Assembly (NCBI GenBank): GCA_002269645.1 | Contig: NIVC01000672.1 | Location: forward strand, 248,001 to 312,000 | DNA length: 64,000 nt | DNA from: Macrostomum lignano | Lineage: Eukaryota | Reading direction: 5' to 3' | Shown: positions 59,220 to 64,000 of the stretch, piece after piece | How positions within the stretch are numbered: the stretch's first letter is position 1 | Layout: each line of letters begins with the position of its first letter | Translations under genes and position numbers: made by a program | The notes under the pieces: model-generated | What the model was told of the DNA's origin: nothing | Database searches by the model: none | The model's input: the letters and a program-made list of their open reading frames with translations, nothing else

Positions 59220-60150
59220 TCACTCACTGTGATACGGAGATTCACTCACTGTGATACGGAGATTCACTCACTGTGATATGGAGATTCACTCACTGTGATA
59301 TGGATATTTACTCACTGTGATATGGATATTTACTCACTGTGATACGGAAATTCACTCACTGTGATATGGAGATTCACTCACTGTGATATGGAGATTCACT
59401 CACTGTGATATGGAGATTCACTCACTGTGATATGGATATTTACTCACTGTGATATGGAGATTCACTCACTGTGATATGGAGATTCACTCACTGTGATATG
59501 GATATTTACTCACTGTGATACGGAAATTCACTCACTGTGATATGGAGATTCACTCACTGTGATATGGAGATTCACTCACTGTGATACGGAGATTCACTCA
59601 CTGTGATATGGATATTTACTCACTGTGATATGGAGATTCACTCACTGTGATACGGAGATTCACTCACTGTGATATGGAGATTCACTCACTGTGATACGGA
59701 AATTCACTCACTGTGATACGGAGATTCACTCACTGTGATACGGAAATTCACTCACTGTGATATGGAGATTCACTCACTGTGATACGGAAATTCACTCACT
59801 GTGATACGGAGATTCACTCACTGTGATACGGAAATTCACTCACTGTGATACGGAGATTCACTCACTGTGATACGGAAATTCACTCACTGTGATATGGAGA
59901 TTCACTCACTGTGATATGGAGATTCACTCACTGTGATATGGAAATTCACTCACTGTGATATGGAGATTCACTCACTGTGATATGGAGATTCACTCACTGT
60001 GATATGGAGATTCATTCACTGTGATATGGAAATTCATTCACTGTGATATGGAGATTCACTCACTGTGATATGGAGATTCACTCACTGTGATATGGAGATT
60101 CACTCACTGTGATATGGAGATTCATTCACTGTGATATGGAGATTCACTTG
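59218..60150 (+). repeat. 22-bp minisatellite ATTCACTCACTGTGATATGGAG
   Basis: About 42 units in the presumed leader intron. Confidence 0.96.
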
Positions 60151-60331
60151 CTGTGAGAACTCATTTGCTCTTTCAGCTCAGCTCAGCGCTAATTGGCTGC
60201 TCACTCGGCACTCTTCTCTCAGCAGGGACTCTGAGCAGCCGCTCACCCGAGCCGCCCCAGGAGAGCAGAGAAGCTCGGATTCAATCTGAGCTAGACTAGA
60301 CTAGCACGCAGTCGGAATCGTCACTGTCGAC

Positions 60332-63300
60332 ATGACCGACATGGGAACCGAAAATGCAGAGACAGTCGGAGTTTCAATCAGCTTCAACTGCAGCGCTGCA
60401 GCCGGTGAGCGAATTGCATTGGCTGGAAACTGCCCAGAGCTCGGCAATAATCGGGTGATCCAGCAGGGGCATCTGAGAAACTTGAGAGACAGCATCTGGC
60501 AGAAAAAGGTCACCATCAACATGATAGAGACGGACGGTAATTTTAAAGTTCCGGACGGAGCGACTTTGACGGATCTTTCATTCAAGCTGAAGAAGACTGA
60601 TGGCACCGAGTTGCTTCCCGAAGACACAGAGCATTCTCTGAAGCTCAATTCGAACCTTGGCCGCTGGTTCGAAGTCGAGATCGTCAGAGGCGTCGAGCAC
60701 CAGCTGAGTCCAGTAGGCATGGAGCGCCATTTTAAGCGGCTCCCCGACATCAGTAAAGTTGAAGACGTCAAAGACCTGATTGAGAAATTCGAATGGAAAC
60801 GGAAAACTGAGCCGTGGCTCGAGACGGTGTACCTGGTTGCTTTGTCGTGTCTGCACACGCATCCTGATATGGCGGATCTGCCTCAAGCTCTGGAGCTTAT
60901 TGGTGAAGCTGAGCAGCTCGAGGGTTCCCCAGATCGGGTGAGCGCAAAGTACCTCATCAATACAGCGCGGCTGAAGCTGCGATCTCTTCAGTCCTGCGAC
61001 GGCTTCCCCAAGGATTGGCAAAGAGATGTGGAAGAGTTGGAGAGTCTGTGGAATCCAGCAGATGATGATGATTCCTCAGATGATTCCTCGGCATCTCGGC
61101 AGCTCAGCTCGGTGGGCTGGATTCTGCTGCGCTGCGGCTTCGGGAAACTGACTGAGGCTGAAGAGTATTTCACCGAAGCATCTGAAAAGGATTCAAGCAA
61201 TTTTTACGGGCTGTTTGGACTCGCCGTCACAAAGTCTCGAATTCGCAGGAGCAGAGACAACAGATGCGCCGCCGAAAAAGAAGAGCTGGATTTGTGGAAA
61301 GAAGCCGAAAAGATTTGCAGAGAGAGTCACAGGGACACTCTGCCTTTGCTTCTTGCCAGCTATGCTGAGGCAACTCTGAATTCTGACGGCCCAAGAGCCA
61401 AGGATTTGATAGCGGAGGCCTATGAGGATCTTAAAAACGAGCAGGAGAACAACTTATCAGCCCCAAAATGCCTCTCCGTGCTCGTGATTGTTTTGAGTGT
61501 GTGCAGAAAACTGTGCAAAAAATTGAAAGGGGAGGATAGAATGAAAACAGTAGAGATTTCAGCAAAGGTGTTTCGGCTCGCGTCAGAGCTTCTACAACAG
61601 AGTGGCTCTGACAAATGGTATGAAAGCCCCGACTTGCACCATCAAATGGCGCTTTACTTGTTGAAGCAAGAAAGAAATATCAAGGAAGCTCGAGAGCACT
61701 TTAAAAAAGCTGATCTCGACAACAACATTTGGGTGGCCAAATCGCTCATTGATTTGGATCAGAATCAAAGAGACTTAGATAAAGGCCAAGAGCGCAAATC
61801 AAAATATGATCACATCAAATGGATCTGCCAGCGCTACGATTCTCTCTGCCTAAGACCCAGAAGGGAAGCCCATAAAGCACACGTTGTGGCAGAGAAGGGC
61901 TATTTCCTGGCAGTTAATGGTCGCCTAGCTGAAGGTGCGCAGTGCATCGCATGGGCGCTGAATGAGTACGCTGGAGATGAGCCTCCCAATTGGCACAGTT
62001 GTGTCAGTGAGTATCAGAAAAATAAATTGAAAAAAAGCTGGCCCATAGCGAAAACGATGATGCAAGATTTATTCTTTCCTTCATCGATGAAAGGGACTCT
62101 GCTGCCGCCGTGAGAGAATGCTGCAGTGAAATCAAAGCGCAGCCAAATATTCATATTTCATTTGCGCGGCTCAGTGATCTGCTTAACAATTCAAAGCTGT
62201 TCCTTGAATTTCTGCGAGCTGTGGATGCCAAATTCCCTGCCGATTCCGTCCGGACTGCGCTAGAAAGTCAGCGGGACAGCTGGGCGACTGCAGCAATGCT
62301 CAAGTTCTATCGGGAATATCCAGAGAGTGACACTTTTACGGAGGACGAGCTCAGATATCTGCTGTCAAATCCTAAGCAAGTGCAGTTGAAAAGATTTATA
62401 AAACAACTCAACGGCAAGTTCAGGGCTACTTCCGTCTTGGCTGCGCTAAACCAGTGTCCAAAATGGGCGACTGCTGCTAAAGGAAAACTCCGTCAAAAAT
62501 ATCAGAATGCTGATCTTAAAATTGACGAACTTAAAGATCTGCTTTCAGCTTCAGATGAAAATATGTTAGCTAAATTTATAGCACAGATCGATAACAGAGG
62601 TATTCCTGCAAAAAATGTTATTGCTGAACTTCGTGAACAGCGGAAGAAACTGATTGAGGACTTACTTGCTGCCACAACAAATTTTCCGCATCAGTTGTGG
62701 ACTGAGCTTCAAGGAGTTCTGCATCTGGAGTTAGAGCAGTTCGATGCTGCAAAGGAGAAGTTCGAGCTGCTTGATTCGAAACTGCCGCACAGACGCGAGC
62801 TGATTGCCGACTCCATCATGAGCAAGCTGGAGCATCCTGAGACTCAATCTGAAGCCAAACGCGATGGTCTACTCGAGTGTCTCAGGCTGAAGTGCAAAGA
62901 TGCTGGCCAGCAAGTTTTGGAGTTTCTTCAGGGCCTGAGGAACGATCCTAAACTTCACCACAGGAATCAGTATGAGCTGGTTGCTCGGCTGCTGAACCTG
63001 CGGAAAAGCTCAACGTCCTTCTTCATCAAGAAAAGGTTGCTGTACAAAAAATTACAGAGTTCAGATGAGGAATTCGATCTAGCGATGCAGGACAGCTACG
63101 AAAAGGCAGTAAATGAAGCGGAAGTTAAATTCCGGGACGTTTGCCAGAAGGTAAAAGAGGAGTTCGATCTGAACCCGTATCCACGTCAAGCACTGCTCTC
63201 GGCCACTCGGAACCATCTCATAGCCGATCGCCAGCAAGAGAAGAAGTTCCTCAAGCAGACACTGGAGAACTCGCACAGGGCCCTGGACCACGCTTGGAAA

Positions 63301-64000
63301 AATTTCATTTATTCAGCTAAAAAATGTAGGCTTCCACGATATTTTCCTTTCGCTTACAAAAGAAGACAAGATGCTGATACTGGTGCTTTTATTAAGCCAA
63401 GAGACCAATTAAAACATTATAATCGAAATCCAAGCGAGCTCACAATTGAAAAAGTGACAGAATATTTTGAAAACAATTTTGAATCGACCGTCAATATGGA
63501 CCAGAAATTAATCGACTATTTTGTACGAAGAGAATTTAATATCCTAACAGAAGAGGGAGCGTGGATCATCCAATGGGTCAGTTCAGTGAATGAGGAGAAG
63601 CACAGGCTGCAAGTTAATATTGACGAACTTGAGCGAAGCGTGAACGAATTGCTTACTGCGACTGAAGCTCCGAAGAGTGTCTACGAACTGGCGCACAAAG
63701 CGACCGAGTTCGTTGAAGAGACCCGCCTAGTACTGCACCGGGAAAATGAGAATAGCGATGGAAGAAATCCCAACGGCTCACCAGGCGGAGGCGCTGGCCG
63801 CAGGCGCCGTGGAGGGAGTCACTCCATCCTACGAGGCGAAGACGCTGGCGAAAGTGACCTTGAAGGGAGTCATTTCGACCCACGAGGCGGAGGCGCTGAC
63901 GGCAGAGGCCGTGGAGGGAGTCACTTCGACCCACGAGGCGGAGGCGCTGGTGCCAGAGGGAGTCACTCCGTCCCACGAGGCGGAGGCGCTGGCGGCAGAG
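60332..64000 (+). CDS. Large intronless CBM20-like/TPR/HEPN-like/RGG protein (>1,200 aa, 3' end beyond window), with a 1-nt frameshift at A7 62030-62036
   Basis: ORF 60332-62113, plus a second frame open from 62026 to the window end that is absent from the ORF track because it has no stop. TPR-like helices: GKLTEAEEYFTEASEKDSSNFYGLFGLA, LHHQMALYLLKQERNIKEAREHFKKA, LQGVLHLELEQFDAAKEKFE. C-terminal ENSHRALDHAW...YFPF...NEEKHR module, then RGGGAG repeats. Confidence 0.8.

Noticed and set aside
62029-62037. Canonical X_XXY_YYZ programmed -1 frameshift site
   Set aside because: In the zero frame the heptamer is G_AAA_AAA, not a canonical slippery site, and I saw no obvious downstream stimulator; kept only as a possible slippage or error site.

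Overview
Eukaryotic (animal) genomic DNA. GC3-rich exons, GT-AG introns and a different minisatellite in almost every intron resemble the flatworm Macrostomum; that species guess is inference only. Left half (1-36 kb): the last 20 exons (~2,465 aa) of a Piezo channel gene with unusual pore-lining substitutions and a C-terminal tail, a RIOK3-family gene whose catalytic residues are all replaced (predicted pseudokinase), and an F-type lectin + PAN/apple gene. Right half (39-64 kb): mostly intronless ORFs among transposon relics. These are a small secreted-type gene, an ankyrin-repeat gene, decayed Polinton/adintovirus pPolB and PLA2 fragments, and two genes sharing a paralogous leader and CBM20-like N-terminal domains. 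The second of these, read across a 1-nt frameshift in an A7 run, gives a >1,200-aa CBM20-like/TPR/HEPN-like/RGG protein running off the window end, the best candidate for an undescribed RNA-sensing nuclease system. Several reading-frame breaks fall in homopolymers and may be long-read consensus errors. All family assignments come from manual motif recognition, not database searches.
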